DNA from: Eutreptiella sp. 'Long Island Sound 2002'
Lineage: Eukaryota > Protista > Euglenida
Assembly (NCBI GenBank): GCA_964036045.1
Contig: OZ038378.1
Span: forward strand, 173,910,001-173,974,000
Direction: 5' to 3'
Length of the DNA: 64,000 nt
In this document: positions 24,120 to 35,219 of the stretch, in pieces
Numbering within the stretch: position 1 is the stretch's first letter
Layout: every line of letters begins with the position of its first letter
Made by a program: the position numbers and the translations under genes
Notes under the pieces: generated by a model
Database searches by the model: none
Seen by the model: the letters and a program-made list of their open reading frames with translations, nothing else
What the model was told of the DNA's origin: nothing

Positions 24120-24977
24120 TGGCAAGTGCCCGAGCGCTGCAGCAGCGCAGCGTCCGCCGTGTCGTCCGGGCTCGACGACGATGCCCAGGGGGACGCCCCC
24201 ATACACACGCCGCTCCGGAAGGTCGACGTCACCCTGAAGCCCTGGTCCGCCGCGGCGCACAGGCCGCGTCCGCTCTCGAAGAGGCCGCAGAGCGCCCCCG
24301 CGGCGCGGGGTAAGGCCGGCGTCGCGAAGAGCCCGTCCGCTGCGCACGGCTCGCCTCAGGGGCCGTTGCGGGACGGCGCCGAACGGCGACACAGCGGAAG
24401 CGCGGCCGGGAGCGCGGCCGGGGCCGCGCGGCTGCTCACTCCCTCACCCCCCGGCGCTGGCGTCGCGATCCATCCGAGAACCGTTGCCTTCGGTGACGGC
24501 AAAGCCGCGCCAACGACCCCCGGCTCCTCCACCGCCATCGTCACTCCCGCCTCTAATGCCCCGGTTGCCGTCGCCGTGAGCACCGCCACGGCCTCACAGG
24601 GCCCCCGGGGCTCCGTCCACCCCGTGAACACCGCCGCTGCGCCGCAAAGCGCCCGCGGCTCCGCAGCTCCCGCGGGCACGGCGACTGCGGTGCCCAGCGC
24701 AAGGGCCTCCGCCGCCCCTGCCACCCCCGTCGCGGCCTCGCAGAGCACAGGCGACCTACCCGGCCCGCCGCACGCGCTGCAGGTGCCCAGCCCTCCGCCG
24801 TCGCGCCGCGTGCACTCGGCCATGCCTGAGAACCCGGTCGCGGTGCTCTCGGACCCCAGTTACGGCGCCGTGGGCGCGGCCAAGCCCAAGACCAAGCTGC
24901 CCACCTCGGGGCTGGTGCCATGCCCGAAGCGCCCCATCCGCCGGTCCAAGTTCCCCACCAACTACGCCGCCAAGTGA
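24120..24977 (+). CDS. Probable terminal exon (Ala/Pro/Ser-rich, likely disordered)
   Basis: CCGCCAG| acceptor in phase 0, CpG-rich coding composition, 285 open codons ending at TGA. Confidence 0.65.
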   Translation, partial: WQVPERCSSAASAVSSGLDDDAQGDAPIHTPLRKVDVTLKPWSAAAHRPRPLSKRPQSAPAARGKAGVAKSPSAAHGSPQGPLRDGAERRHSGSAAGSAAGAARLLTPSPPGAGVAIHPRTVAFGDGKAAPTTPGSSTAIVTPASNAPVAVAVSTATASQGPRGSVHPVNTAAAPQSARGSAAPAGTATAVPSARASAAPATPVAASQSTGDLPGPPHALQVPSPPPSRRVHSAMPENPVAVLSDPSYGAVGAAKPKTKLPTSGLVPCPKRPIRRSKFPTNYAAK

Positions 24978-26670
24978 CGGGGGGTGCGGACTGCATGGGG
25001 CACAACGCGGGAGGCGGCCAACGGAGTGGGGCTGACGTTCTGTTGCATCAGAAGCCGACCCCCTCGGCGCCCGGGCATGACGAAGTGTGACTGTACCCAG
25101 GCTAACGGTCGCTGCACGGGTCGAGGTAACCCAAAAAGGGGGGGCTAAAGGTGGGGACCGGACAGGGGCCCGCGCCGAACGGCATTCCCCGTCACGGACT
25201 GGGGGCCTGGTACTGGAACGCGGGCCCTTCTCCCTCCCCCACCCTCCACCTCCCTTCCGCCCCCACACACCACCAGTTCACATGAGGTGGCGAACACCGA
25301 ATGGGCAGAGGGGTCCTTTAGGGGCCTTTTCTTTTGTCTTCCCCTTAAGGAATCCCCCCCCCCCCCCCCGCCCGCCCGCCCGCCCGTTCTGTACATTGTG
25401 CACATTGTGCCCGCCCGCCCGCCCACCGTCGGGGTAATTGCCGACCACCGTCGGTTGATGGGCTACTGCCGTCTATTGACCACCCACCGCTGTCGGATAA
25501 CCGCCAACCGCCGTCGATTGGCAGCCAATCTCCAGACCACAGATCCGAGAGGCAGTCTCTTTCCCTCAAGCAAATTCCTGCGAATGGCACAGGGCCCTAA
25601 GCTCACCCAGTGACCCACAGCGCTGTGCAGACACCTGTGCTCATGATGTCTTTCTTTTTCCAGCGGCTGCACTGATCAACGAAGGAATTGCAGGGGCATA
25701 TGCATCGGATTTTGTTGGTCCAAAGACACGCCTGCGGTGCTACGGGCCTGGGGAAAAGGTGCCTCGGTCCAAAATAGGCAGTTTTTCACGACCCGGCAGT
25801 TTTTTTTCATGTACAGTAACCCCCATGCCTAAGCCTTTGCTCAGAGGGCAGCAAGTTTGCCCCCAGTTCGCGAGAAGCTAACCGTCACCCCACAAATGGC
25901 ACGAGGCACTTCTTCGGATAGCAAGTCGCTATCTCGTAGACTGCCCCACTCTGAAGGGCAAAGCAACAGCGATGGTGGATGCAGCTTGGCGAACCCATAC
26001 ATCTTCAGGCCCATCAGAATGGCGTACCCTGCACAGTGCTGCGAATTGCGTGTTTGGGGAGGGTGGGAAGTGGCAGCAGCTCTGGTGACCAATTGCTGGA
26101 ATGTGAAGGTGGGGTGTCGCGAAGAATGTAGAGGCCACGTGGAGGTGGCCCGTTGTCATATGACGGATGTTTGTTGCGGGCCTCTTGGGCTCCAGTTATT
26201 GTCAACAGAAGATGACATGCGCATGGTATGACTTGTGCCTACCAGGCCCCACATGAGTGCACAGCACACTGCTCTACAGTGAGGGATTGCCGCGGAGTGA
26301 AGGCACTGGTGTTCAGGAGGCAAAGTGTTCCGGGGAAGCTTCTTCCAGGAATAGTGTCCTCATTGTGTGGAAAAGCTCTTATGGGGTGGTCACGGGCTGT
26401 ATTGAAAGGGAAGGGGGTAGCACAGGGCTCTTGTATTTGTGAAACATTTGGCTCTTGTATTCGTGGAATAATCACTTGAGCGCAGGTGTGCCTCAGGCGT
26501 GCCTCAGTGTCCCTGACTGTCTCACATCAAGGCACTGCATATGAGTCTGCACAGCGTCCCAACGCATCTTGACCCAACCACACCACATCCCTCAATTAAC
26601 CAATTTTTGTGTGTTCCATAAAAGTTGCCATTGGCCGTTGGCCATTGGCAGCGTAATCACGTTTCTGACC

Positions 26671-27374
26671 ATTTTCTTTCAGCCAATAGCCCCCTCAAAG
26701 AGAGTCCTACCGCCTGTGGCATGCACAGTAATCGGCATCCTTCTTTACCATAGAGGAAAGACATGCTGTACAATACCCATGACCTTGAATTTTGAGGTGT
26801 AGTGATTTAACCCACTGAACACAGCCTGGAACAGCAGAACGTGTGGAGATGGCCCCTATTGTCCAGGCAACCCCCCCCCCCCCTTTCCCTTCGGATGTCT
26901 TCCGGAGGTTCCACGCTGCTTGTCTGGGAAAATGCGCTTGGATGTGCACCCTGACGTTCCCTTATGCCACCACCAATGGTCACTGGTGCCCTCATTTCAT
27001 TTGGAACAAACCGTTCTCAAACACTTTTCGAAGGGCGCACGTTCCGGGCCCTGGACCGGGCGCTCGTTTTCCAAACCCACTCCGTGGCGTCCACTTCACA
27101 TGCAGGAATGCCTGAACCTGCCACCGCTGGCAGGGGAGTGGACGCCCATGTGAGCAGAGGGGGAGGCATTCCAGTCTCACCCACAAAACTGCGAGCCCCC
27201 CCCCCCCCCTCTCCCCCCAGCCTCCGCACAATAGACCTCGACCAACAAGCGCAGGTCACACAACATGTAAACGGTTGCAATAGACGGCAACCTACCAGCC
27301 GTTCTGGAATGAACCCCACCTGGACTACACATTCCTGGTGCCCTTCGAAGGGCAAATGACATGCTTTACGAATG
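26671..27374 (-). repeat. About 700-bp repeat, copy 2 of an inverted pair
   Basis: Reverse complement of 23004-23711 with scattered substitutions. Confidence 0.9.
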
Positions 27375-29713
27375 AGAACAAGAGGCCATTGTATTTGTAC
27401 AACAGTGTTCCTTCGGCCAATGCAACAGACACCTCTGTAATCATTGCAAAGCACACTTTTCCGTGCATTTACAAACACCTACGCGGGATATGTGCACTCT
27501 TTAGGAGGCCTGGAGGGGGAAGGGAGATTAGTGGTATCATCTCACTGCAGAGAGATTCGAAATGGTGACTGCAAGCTGCGGACTTGTGGTGAAAATGGCG
27601 AGTACATCTTTGTATTCCTGTCGGCCAAGAAAATTTTTTTTTTGCTTTGAACCAGGGGGCCCCCCAACACACACTCCTAATTGCGCCCCACCCCCCAACA
27701 CACAACCCCCCTGTTGAGACCACAGAAGTTCTTCCGGTGGGGATTTGGCGCATCCCGTTGTTGGAGCCTTTTTTGTTTGGGGGGGGGGGTTGTAGGATCT
27801 AGCCATGGGGCTCCAACGACCCCCTTCCAGTTAGGCTGAAAACCCAGCCACCCCTGCTCCACAAGGGGCCAAGGGGGCGGTTCATAGGGTTGGAAGGGAA
27901 GGGGGGCACCTATTTGAGACTTTGGTAGGGCTAGGTCTGATACCAACCCTCACCAGGTGTGAATATTGGTACCGAGCCGACGGGGAAAGGACTCTGCACA
28001 ATGCACACCTTGCCCCTTGCACGGTACACCATGCACACCGCAAATTGCACTGCATTGCGGCAGCATCGGCAGCACGTGGCCTGCAACTGATGAGTGCGGC
28101 CGCCTCAAAGCCGATTGGCATTCCCTATCAGCCTCCGCCCAGCACCCAGGCACTTCAGCCCCCAGCCAGACCCTAAGTGCGCACGCAGCAAGACCACAAC
28201 GTCAATAGATCATCAGCACCTTTGGCAATGCACGGTTGTGCAGCGCAATGCAGCATGAGGTTGGCACATGGCACAAGAGCTTTGTGCCATGCGCAGAGAC
28301 CGGAAGTGTTGCCTACATCAGTCTGCACTAAGGACGGTTCTTAAGGGCGGCCCTCCGGGCTGGGGGTGGGCTGTCGACCGTCGGTTGAGGGGACGCACCG
28401 ACTTCTGTCCCACTTTGATTTAAAAGCTCCTTGTTATCGGGTAATGGTAAGTGGGGTTGGTGACTGCCTACTCGTCGTTGTTGACGTCCCCACTGTCAGT
28501 GGCTGCTGCGCCGTGCGACATTTTTTTTGTGCCACGTGACGGAACCATTTTGTTTTCCATGAAGGGCGCAACTGTGCAAAGCCCCAGGCCCCTCAAATGA
28601 TCAAGTGACCCAACATCAGACCCTGTACCGAATTCCATTGTTAGAGGAAACATGCCCTGACCTTTGGAAGAGGGTAGGAACACACCAGCGATTCTCGAAG
28701 GTGGAAACAGATGCTCTGTTGCAGACGAGTACATGCCGATGCTGGTTTGAAAGGGACCTCCCGATCCTCCGTCCAGGTCCACCTGCTTTTGAACCCCCAT
28801 CCCCCTCCCTTATGCCCTTGTGGATTACAACCCCATCCTTTTCGCAGCCACTTTGGGATGGTCCAGAGGCCAAAAGTTTATTTCTCTCCAAAAGTTATTT
28901 CTCTGTGGCCATTTCCAGGGGGGAGGGTTGCTCAGCAATGGCTCATGGAGGGAAAGGGAGGTGTGCAATGTAAACACCGTGCAAATCCTTGAATCTGGGA
29001 CATTTCAAAAGTAAGTGGCACTGGTTGGATATTTGTAAGGGGACCCTTTGCATGTAGTGCAAAGTTTCTGTACTACTGGAAGCAACCGAAGCTTACTTCA
29101 AGCCTTATTCTGTGTACAATAATCCTGCAGCATTGCTTGCCCATTGCATTACCCCGTGCTGCCTTGTTCACATGGGTGCACAATGTTGTCAAACATATGG
29201 AGGTGAATGCAGCAAATGCTGAGATATTGTAGTAAAATAGTGAAGGGCATACTCAAGGAGAGTGCAAGAGGTTTGCGCAAGAGAAGAAGAGATTAGAGTT
29301 GATAGTGACAGCTTGCTTGCTACAGTTGTTAACCGAGAGTGTGCAGGGATGTTGCGTTCATGATTGTAATTTGTATTGTATGGAGCATGTATGCTGATAT
29401 GATTGCCAAAGGATTTGATGTTGTCTCTAAGTGTACAAAGCCATCAGGGAATGCCCAAGTAGGCCACAACGTCATGCAAAGAATGCACCCAACAACCATT
29501 AAAATCACTTTTTTTTGGCAATTCAAGGATGTTTTGCTAGGCACCCCTGACAGACCAACAAGTCGAACCATTATGCCCCATGGCTTTGCATGGCTCCTCT
29601 TCCCCATAGAATGGCAGAAGGTAAACAAATAATGATTTGCCTGAAAACACGACATTCAAGGCAAACAGTCCATTCCTTTGTGGGGGCATTTTCCTCTACT
29701 CAAGCGTGCTCAA

Positions 29714-30000
29714 AGGGGGCGTTTTTGCACAGCGTGCACAAAGCGCCAAATATTACGGTGTTTATCCCGGGAACACCCCTGAAAAGCACCCACATACAGA
29801 AGCATGCATGATCGATTCAAAACAGCATGGGGTGCAGAATTCAGGACCTTGGGACCCGTGGCAAGCATCAATCTAAGAAAAAAAGAAATCCCTGGTGTAC
29901 GAGCAGGGGCTGTAGGGTGCAACACTCAGGACCCTGGGACCCGTGGCTACCGTTGGTGGAAAACAGCTGATTTTTCGCACAGCGCACGGTGCGCCCCCAA
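29714..30000 (+). repeat. Dispersed repeat of about 280 bp (second copy at about 48226-48495)
   Basis: Shared GGGGGCGTTTT..GCACAGCG, GGGAACACCCCTGAAAA, TTCAAAACAGCATGGGGTGC and two CAGGACC.TGGGACCCGTGGC blocks. Confidence 0.85.
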
Positions 30001-31029
30001 AGCTGTGGGCTTTTCATACCTAAGGTCTTAGTTGTTGTGGGGTGTGTGCTAGGTATTGCAAGGTGCTCTGTGGTGTTTGTTGGGTGTTGTTGTCACATGT
30101 CCATTGGGTGTTGGTGGGCGCATTGGGCACCGTTCACTGTTAACGAGTGACGTCAAGTCATGTTGAATGTTGTTGGGTGCACATCGGTTGCTATCGGGTG
30201 TATGCCATGTGCTGCTGGGTGCATTTTGGGTGCAATGGATGTTATCGAGTGTGCGTTGGGTGGGAATAATATGTCAATTTTTGCAACTTTGGCGGTCCGG
30301 GGCCACCTTGGTCCCAGATTTGGGGTCCGGCCATTCCTGCAAATCCCTGGCCGGACGGATTGTTTGGGACTCATGTCCTTGGCCGGGTGCATTGTGTGGG
30401 CCGCGCGCCCCTAGCTAGGTGAGTGTCCTGGCACTGCTAATGGCTGTGCGTTGGCTACATGTTGGGTGCCAGAATTGAACACCAGTGCCGTTGGGTGCCG
30501 TTGGGTGCTCGTTGCGTGTTGGTAGGTGCAGATTTGGTGGCATCGCCTGGTGTTCGGTGTTCGCATTACAAGGTATGTTAGTGTGCTTGGCCCATGTGGG
30601 GCAACATACCCCCCAAGGTGCTGTCACGTGTGTTGGGTGCTGCTGGTTGTACATGGGGTGTCGCAAAGTGCACCAGATGGTATTTGATGCCTAGCAAGCA
30701 GCAAAATACACCCACCCACCACCATCTACCGCGTGGCCGAATGGAGCCAACTTGCTACTAGGGGGAGCGTTAACGCGCCGGGCATCTTCTTTGACCCGTG
30801 CCCCACCGGTGGCCTTTTAGAGGGTGCACTAAGGGGGCGCACTTAGCGTAGTGCAACCCCAATGAGTTGCATCAGTCAGTCCGTATTTTGTTGCATTTTA
30901 CACAATTTTGCATTCGGAGGCAAGTCCGTCAGCCCCCCTATGGGCCATGGGAGCATGTCCCGCCTCATGTTTGGACTGACCAAAGCAACTCGGCCGCCAC
31001 GCAAGATGAGGCAGAGGATGAGGTAGAAG

Positions 31030-31145
31030 TGTGTGTGTCGTGTTGCCAGAAGCGCTCCACCGTCACAATTTGTGATGAGTGTAAGGAGCACTATTGTACT
31101 GAATGTATTGACACCCACACTTGTGGGACCAATGTTGTTTGTTAA
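31030..31145 (+). pseudogene. Cys-rich zinc-finger fragment (B-box or piggyBac-CRD-like)
   Basis: CVSCCQKRSTVTICDECKEHYCTECIDTHTC followed by a stop. No upstream catalytic domain was found. Confidence 0.35.
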
Positions 31146-32698
31146 GTGTGGCCCCTCGAGTTGGGGTTCAGGTCTCCCACCCTTCAGTGCGGCCACTTGA
31201 GTGGTCCGTCATGCACAACAGGGGGATTCTTTGATTTTGAGGTGGGTGGCCATGATGGGGCCTACAAGGGTAGGGGGCATGTGATTGTCCCATCTGTTGG
31301 GCGAAAAAATGGGAATGTAATTGATCACCGACAGTCATACAACGGCTTGTGCTTAGGGTTCCTGGGCTATAGGAGGGAGTGATGTTTTGGGGGTAAAGCA
31401 TTGTGATAGATGGCCGGAAAATTCATTTAGATGCCGGGCAAACATACCCTCCCTGCCTTCTCCATGTGCATCGGCACTGTCAATCTATGGCAACGGCACT
31501 GTCTAACACATTGCCGATGGCAGCACCACCCATCATGCCATCAACACCAACGGCAGCGGTAGCGTTGTCCCCAACCGCCATGACCGCTGCCATCGAGATA
31601 GAGAGCAGCAAACACATACCTGGACCGCGGCACCACCGCCGATGCGTGCAATATACTGGCGAGGCCCAGCCCATGGCCTTGTCTAGCGCATGCAGAGCCC
31701 TTTTGAGTGCCACTGCTCTACAAGTTTGAGACAGGGTTGCCAGCCAGAAGCATCCTCGAGTTGTTGGCAAGTGCACTGACTTCATTAAAGGTCGGGCCAG
31801 GCCCGGGCCTTTGGGGTTCCTATGCCAGGCAAGTCTCACCTCACCTCACCTCACCTGCACCCTTGCCCTGGGGTGCAGGGTCCAGCCCCGTGGAATCCTT
31901 CCTAAAAACATACCCTGGTTCACCTAATCCCAAAAGCCCCCTGTGCTCTCTGCCACAGGGGGAACCGGCCCCTTGTGAGCAAGATGCGCAGGAGACACAC
32001 AAGGGAGGTGCACGGCATTGCAAGTGGGCTCCCCCAACCCACAAGCTGCCATTCTGGGGGAGCCCAGTGACAGTCACAGGTTAAAGACCCTGTTGGTATG
32101 AATGAACCAGATCTCCCGAGGGGCAGGGTTGCAGGCATCTGGAGCTCCACTGGGTAGATTTTGAAGTAGCCCAACCCCATGCAGTGTTTCCATAAAGTGC
32201 TGGGTGTTGTTGGGTGCCAGTTGGGTACCACGGGACGTGTTCCATAAAGGCCAGGAAGCCTCTGGTAGGGTACTGTGTAGAGCAACTGGTGTCCAGTGCA
32301 CTGATTTTCGTACGGTCTTCTTGATGGGCCTAGTTTTCGGGGACAGTGTTTGTGCAAGGCTGTGTTTCCTGGCAAGATTGCCTTTGAGGCAACACGGTAC
32401 CTCCCAGAAGTGCCATGAGCACCCCGGGGAACCCGCTGGGCCCTGTTTGCGGCCCTGTTTGCGACGTCCCCCCCCCCCCCCGGCTCTGTGACCTGCGTGC
32501 CCCCCCCCCCCCCGCCGCCGTTTTGAAAAGTGGGTGGGTCGCATTGGAACTGGTCCAAACAGGGCATGCGCGTTTCTGAGGAACCTTTGGTGCAGGGCAC
32601 AGAGCAGAGGACACGGCGCATACGGCACAAGACAGAAGGCCAAATTTCCCCCACAGCATTGACCCCTTCCGGACCAGATCCCATTCTCATCTGCCGTC

Positions 32699-32724
32699 AC
32701 ACTCTGAGTGTGTCTTTCTATTTG
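32699..32724 (+). other. Genomically encoded spliced-leader-like sequence (SL relic)
   Basis: ACACTCTGAGTGTGTCTTTCTATTTG, 26 nt. It aligns without gaps at 19/26 to the Euglena gracilis SL as recalled (ACTTTCTGAGTGTCTATTTTTTTTCG), including the TCTGAGTGT core and terminal G. It ends 41 nt before the ATG. Confidence 0.7.
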
Positions 32725-32765
32725 GCGTGGCGTGCAATCGCAAGGGCTGTAAGCGCGCGCGCGTC

Positions 32766-35219
32766 ATGAGCCGGGCGCCATCCGCTCGCCCGGAAGTCTC
32801 TCCATCCGGAGACCCCCCGTCCCACAGGGACCCTGAGATCGAATCTCCGAACTTGCCGTCACTGCTGCGCCAGGCCGCATCAACGGGAACAGATGATGCC
32901 GCGCTTCGCGCCGCGCTGTCGTCGCGCGCGGCGCTGTCGCACTGGCTGCAGAGCTCGGGGGTCCAGGCCGTGCACTCTGCCATGGAGTCGCTGGTGTGTC
33001 CGGAGTCCGCCGGCGCAGCGCGCGCGCTGGTGCGTGAGGCCCTGGACCGGGTGTTCCAGGACACGGCCGCTAGTGCAGCGGACCTCTGGGTCCCTGCGGC
33101 GCTTGCAACGGCGCTGCCGCTGTTGTACCAGGGCCTGCCGCGGGATCAAAAGGGGGCGTGCGTTGTGCCGCACCCACACCCGCTCGTGAAGTGTGAGGCT
33201 CCGAAGAACAGTATTATGATGACCGGGACGGGGGTGCAGATGTACGAGACCGGGAGGGCGTGCGACAACTGCGACGGGCACATCACAGACCAGTTTTTCT
33301 GGAAATGCAGCGAAAGTTGTCAAGTGGACTTCTGCCGGCGGTGCTACGCGGAGATGGAGGAGCTGTTCAAGGGCCGCGACCCGGCGCACATGGAGTGGGT
33401 GGTGCGGTTCATCCCCGCGTGCGCGCGCGGCCTCCTGGACGCGCGACCCGAGCAGCGCGAGCGCTTCGTGCAGGCCCTCGCGCGCGACTGGCCCGCGGCC
33501 CTGTTCGAGCGGCTGGTCAGCGCTGTCGTGGACGTGGCGGACGCGGGCGTCGTCCACATCGAGGACAACGCCGACATTGCGAGCGGCACCGCGTTCTGGG
33601 ACACCGTGGCCCTAATGCAGATGCTGTACGCAGCGAACCACCGGGGGTCACGGTCCGTCTTCCTGGCGGGGCCCACCCTCCCCAGCAGCGCCTTCGTGCT
33701 GCACGGCATCGGCAAGTGCGAGGCCTTCTCCGACTGGCAGCGCTGGAGGAGCACCCCCCAAGACGTGGACATGTACGACCTCGTCGTGCGCGCGGACCCC
33801 TTCGAGGTCACGCCGCCGTTCACTTGCTTCCTCGCGCACAACAACCTCGTCCCCGTGGCCTTCCGCCGCGCCTGTCTGTCCTACGACACGCACGCGGCGC
33901 CGGACCTGCTCCACAAGCCGCGCTTCACGAGCTTCAAGAAGGTGGTGGTGCACCGGGACCCCCCGGAGCGGCTGCGGGCGGGGCTTATCCAGACCCTCGG
34001 GCGCGGGTTCGCCACGGGCACGCACGTGCGCCTGCATGGGCTCACAGGGGCCCCAGAACTGAACGGCCAAGTGGGTCGTCTGAAGGAGTGGGACCCGGAG
34101 GCTGAGAGATGGACAGTGAGGCTCAGCGTCGGGCTGAGGCGGGTCCGGCCCCAAAATCTGATGCACGCCGGTCCCGCTAGGGGCGGGTCCGACGGGGCTG
34201 CTGACGGCGGGGACGGTCCGCTTGCGGATGCGGCACCGGACCCCGTGCACATCGCGCAGCCGCTCGCTGTCACGTTCGACGGGGAGGTCGCGCAGGGCCA
34301 AGGGGTGGTGCGCGAGTTCCTGCCGCTGGCGCTGCAGGTGGCGCTGCGGGCGGACCCGGCCGCTCCGCTGTGGGAGTGCGCGGCGGAGTCCCGGGCGCAC
34401 TGGTTCGGGGGGGCCGCGGCGGGGCCGGAGGCCGCGGCGGCGTTCCGCGCGTGCGGCGCGGTGCTGGGGCACGCCATCCTCATGGACGTGTTCCTGCCGC
34501 CTGCCTTCCCGCTGCAGGTCTACGCGCTGCTGCTCCGGGACCTGGGCTCGCCCTGCGTGGGCCCCTGGACCCTCAACGACATGGCGATGCTGGACCCCCA
34601 AATGGCATCGGGCCTCGAGCACCTCATCGAATACGAGGGCCCCGACGTCGCCGACGTGTTCCCCCTCGACTGGCCCCGGGCCCACGAGCTGGCGGAACTG
34701 GCCCCCGCCGCCCGCGGCGACTACGTTCAGCGGTACGTCGAATGGTACTTCGACGAGCGCTTTGCGGCGCAGGCCCGGCCCTTTTGCGAGGGCTTTCGGG
34801 CCGTCGTGGGGCACTCGCGGCTGCTGCGGTGCCTCGTCAGTGCTGAGCAGCTGCAGCAGATCATCTGCGGAGCAGAGCAGCCGCTGGATGTCGCGGCCGT
34901 GCGCGCGGGCGCGACGTTCACGGGCTGGGGCGACCCGGACCAGGCGTACCTGGAGGCCTTTTGGGGCATTCTGGAGGGGCTGGCGCCCGACGAGCGCCAG
35001 CGGTTCGTGCTGTTCGTCTCCGCCAGCTCGCGGATGCCGCTGAAGGGCTGGGGGGACTTCCCGCTGCAGCTGCAGAAGCATGGCGTTGGGGACGAGCGGC
35101 TGCCGACGGCGTACACCTGCTTCCATCTGCTGCTGCTGCCGGTGTACTCGTCGGTGGCGGTGCTGCGCGCGCGCCTGTTGCAGGCCATCCAGGAGACACA
35201 GGGCTTTGGTCTGGGGTAG
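32766..35219 (+). CDS. HECT-domain E3 ubiquitin ligase with ZZ-like zinc finger and SH3/KOW-like module; intronless
   Basis: Uninterrupted ORF of about 817 aa. It contains CDNCDG...CSESCQVDFCRRCY, GTHVRLHGLTGAPELNGQVGRL and HECT motifs (VTFDGEVAQGQGVVREFL, FCEGF, ELQQIICG-like EQLQQIICG, FWGIL, FVLFVSAS, RLPTAYTCFHLLLLP with the catalytic Cys at 35118, LLQAI). Confidence 0.92.
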   Translation: MSRAPSARPEVSPSGDPPSHRDPEIESPNLPSLLRQAASTGTDDAALRAALSSRAALSHWLQSSGVQAVHSAMESLVCPESAGAARALVREALDRVFQDTAASAADLWVPAALATALPLLYQGLPRDQKGACVVPHPHPLVKCEAPKNSIMMTGTGVQMYETGRACDNCDGHITDQFFWKCSESCQVDFCRRCYAEMEELFKGRDPAHMEWVVRFIPACARGLLDARPEQRERFVQALARDWPAALFERLVSAVVDVADAGVVHIEDNADIASGTAFWDTVALMQMLYAANHRGSRSVFLAGPTLPSSAFVLHGIGKCEAFSDWQRWRSTPQDVDMYDLVVRADPFEVTPPFTCFLAHNNLVPVAFRRACLSYDTHAAPDLLHKPRFTSFKKVVVHRDPPERLRAGLIQTLGRGFATGTHVRLHGLTGAPELNGQVGRLKEWDPEAERWTVRLSVGLRRVRPQNLMHAGPARGGSDGAADGGDGPLADAAPDPVHIAQPLAVTFDGEVAQGQGVVREFLPLALQVALRADPAAPLWECAAESRAHWFGGAAAGPEAAAAFRACGAVLGHAILMDVFLPPAFPLQVYALLLRDLGSPCVGPWTLNDMAMLDPQMASGLEHLIEYEGPDVADVFPLDWPRAHELAELAPAARGDYVQRYVEWYFDERFAAQARPFCEGFRAVVGHSRLLRCLVSAEQLQQIICGAEQPLDVAAVRAGATFTGWGDPDQAYLEAFWGILEGLAPDERQRFVLFVSASSRMPLKGWGDFPLQLQKHGVGDERLPTAYTCFHLLLLPVYSSVAVLRARLLQAIQETQGFGLG

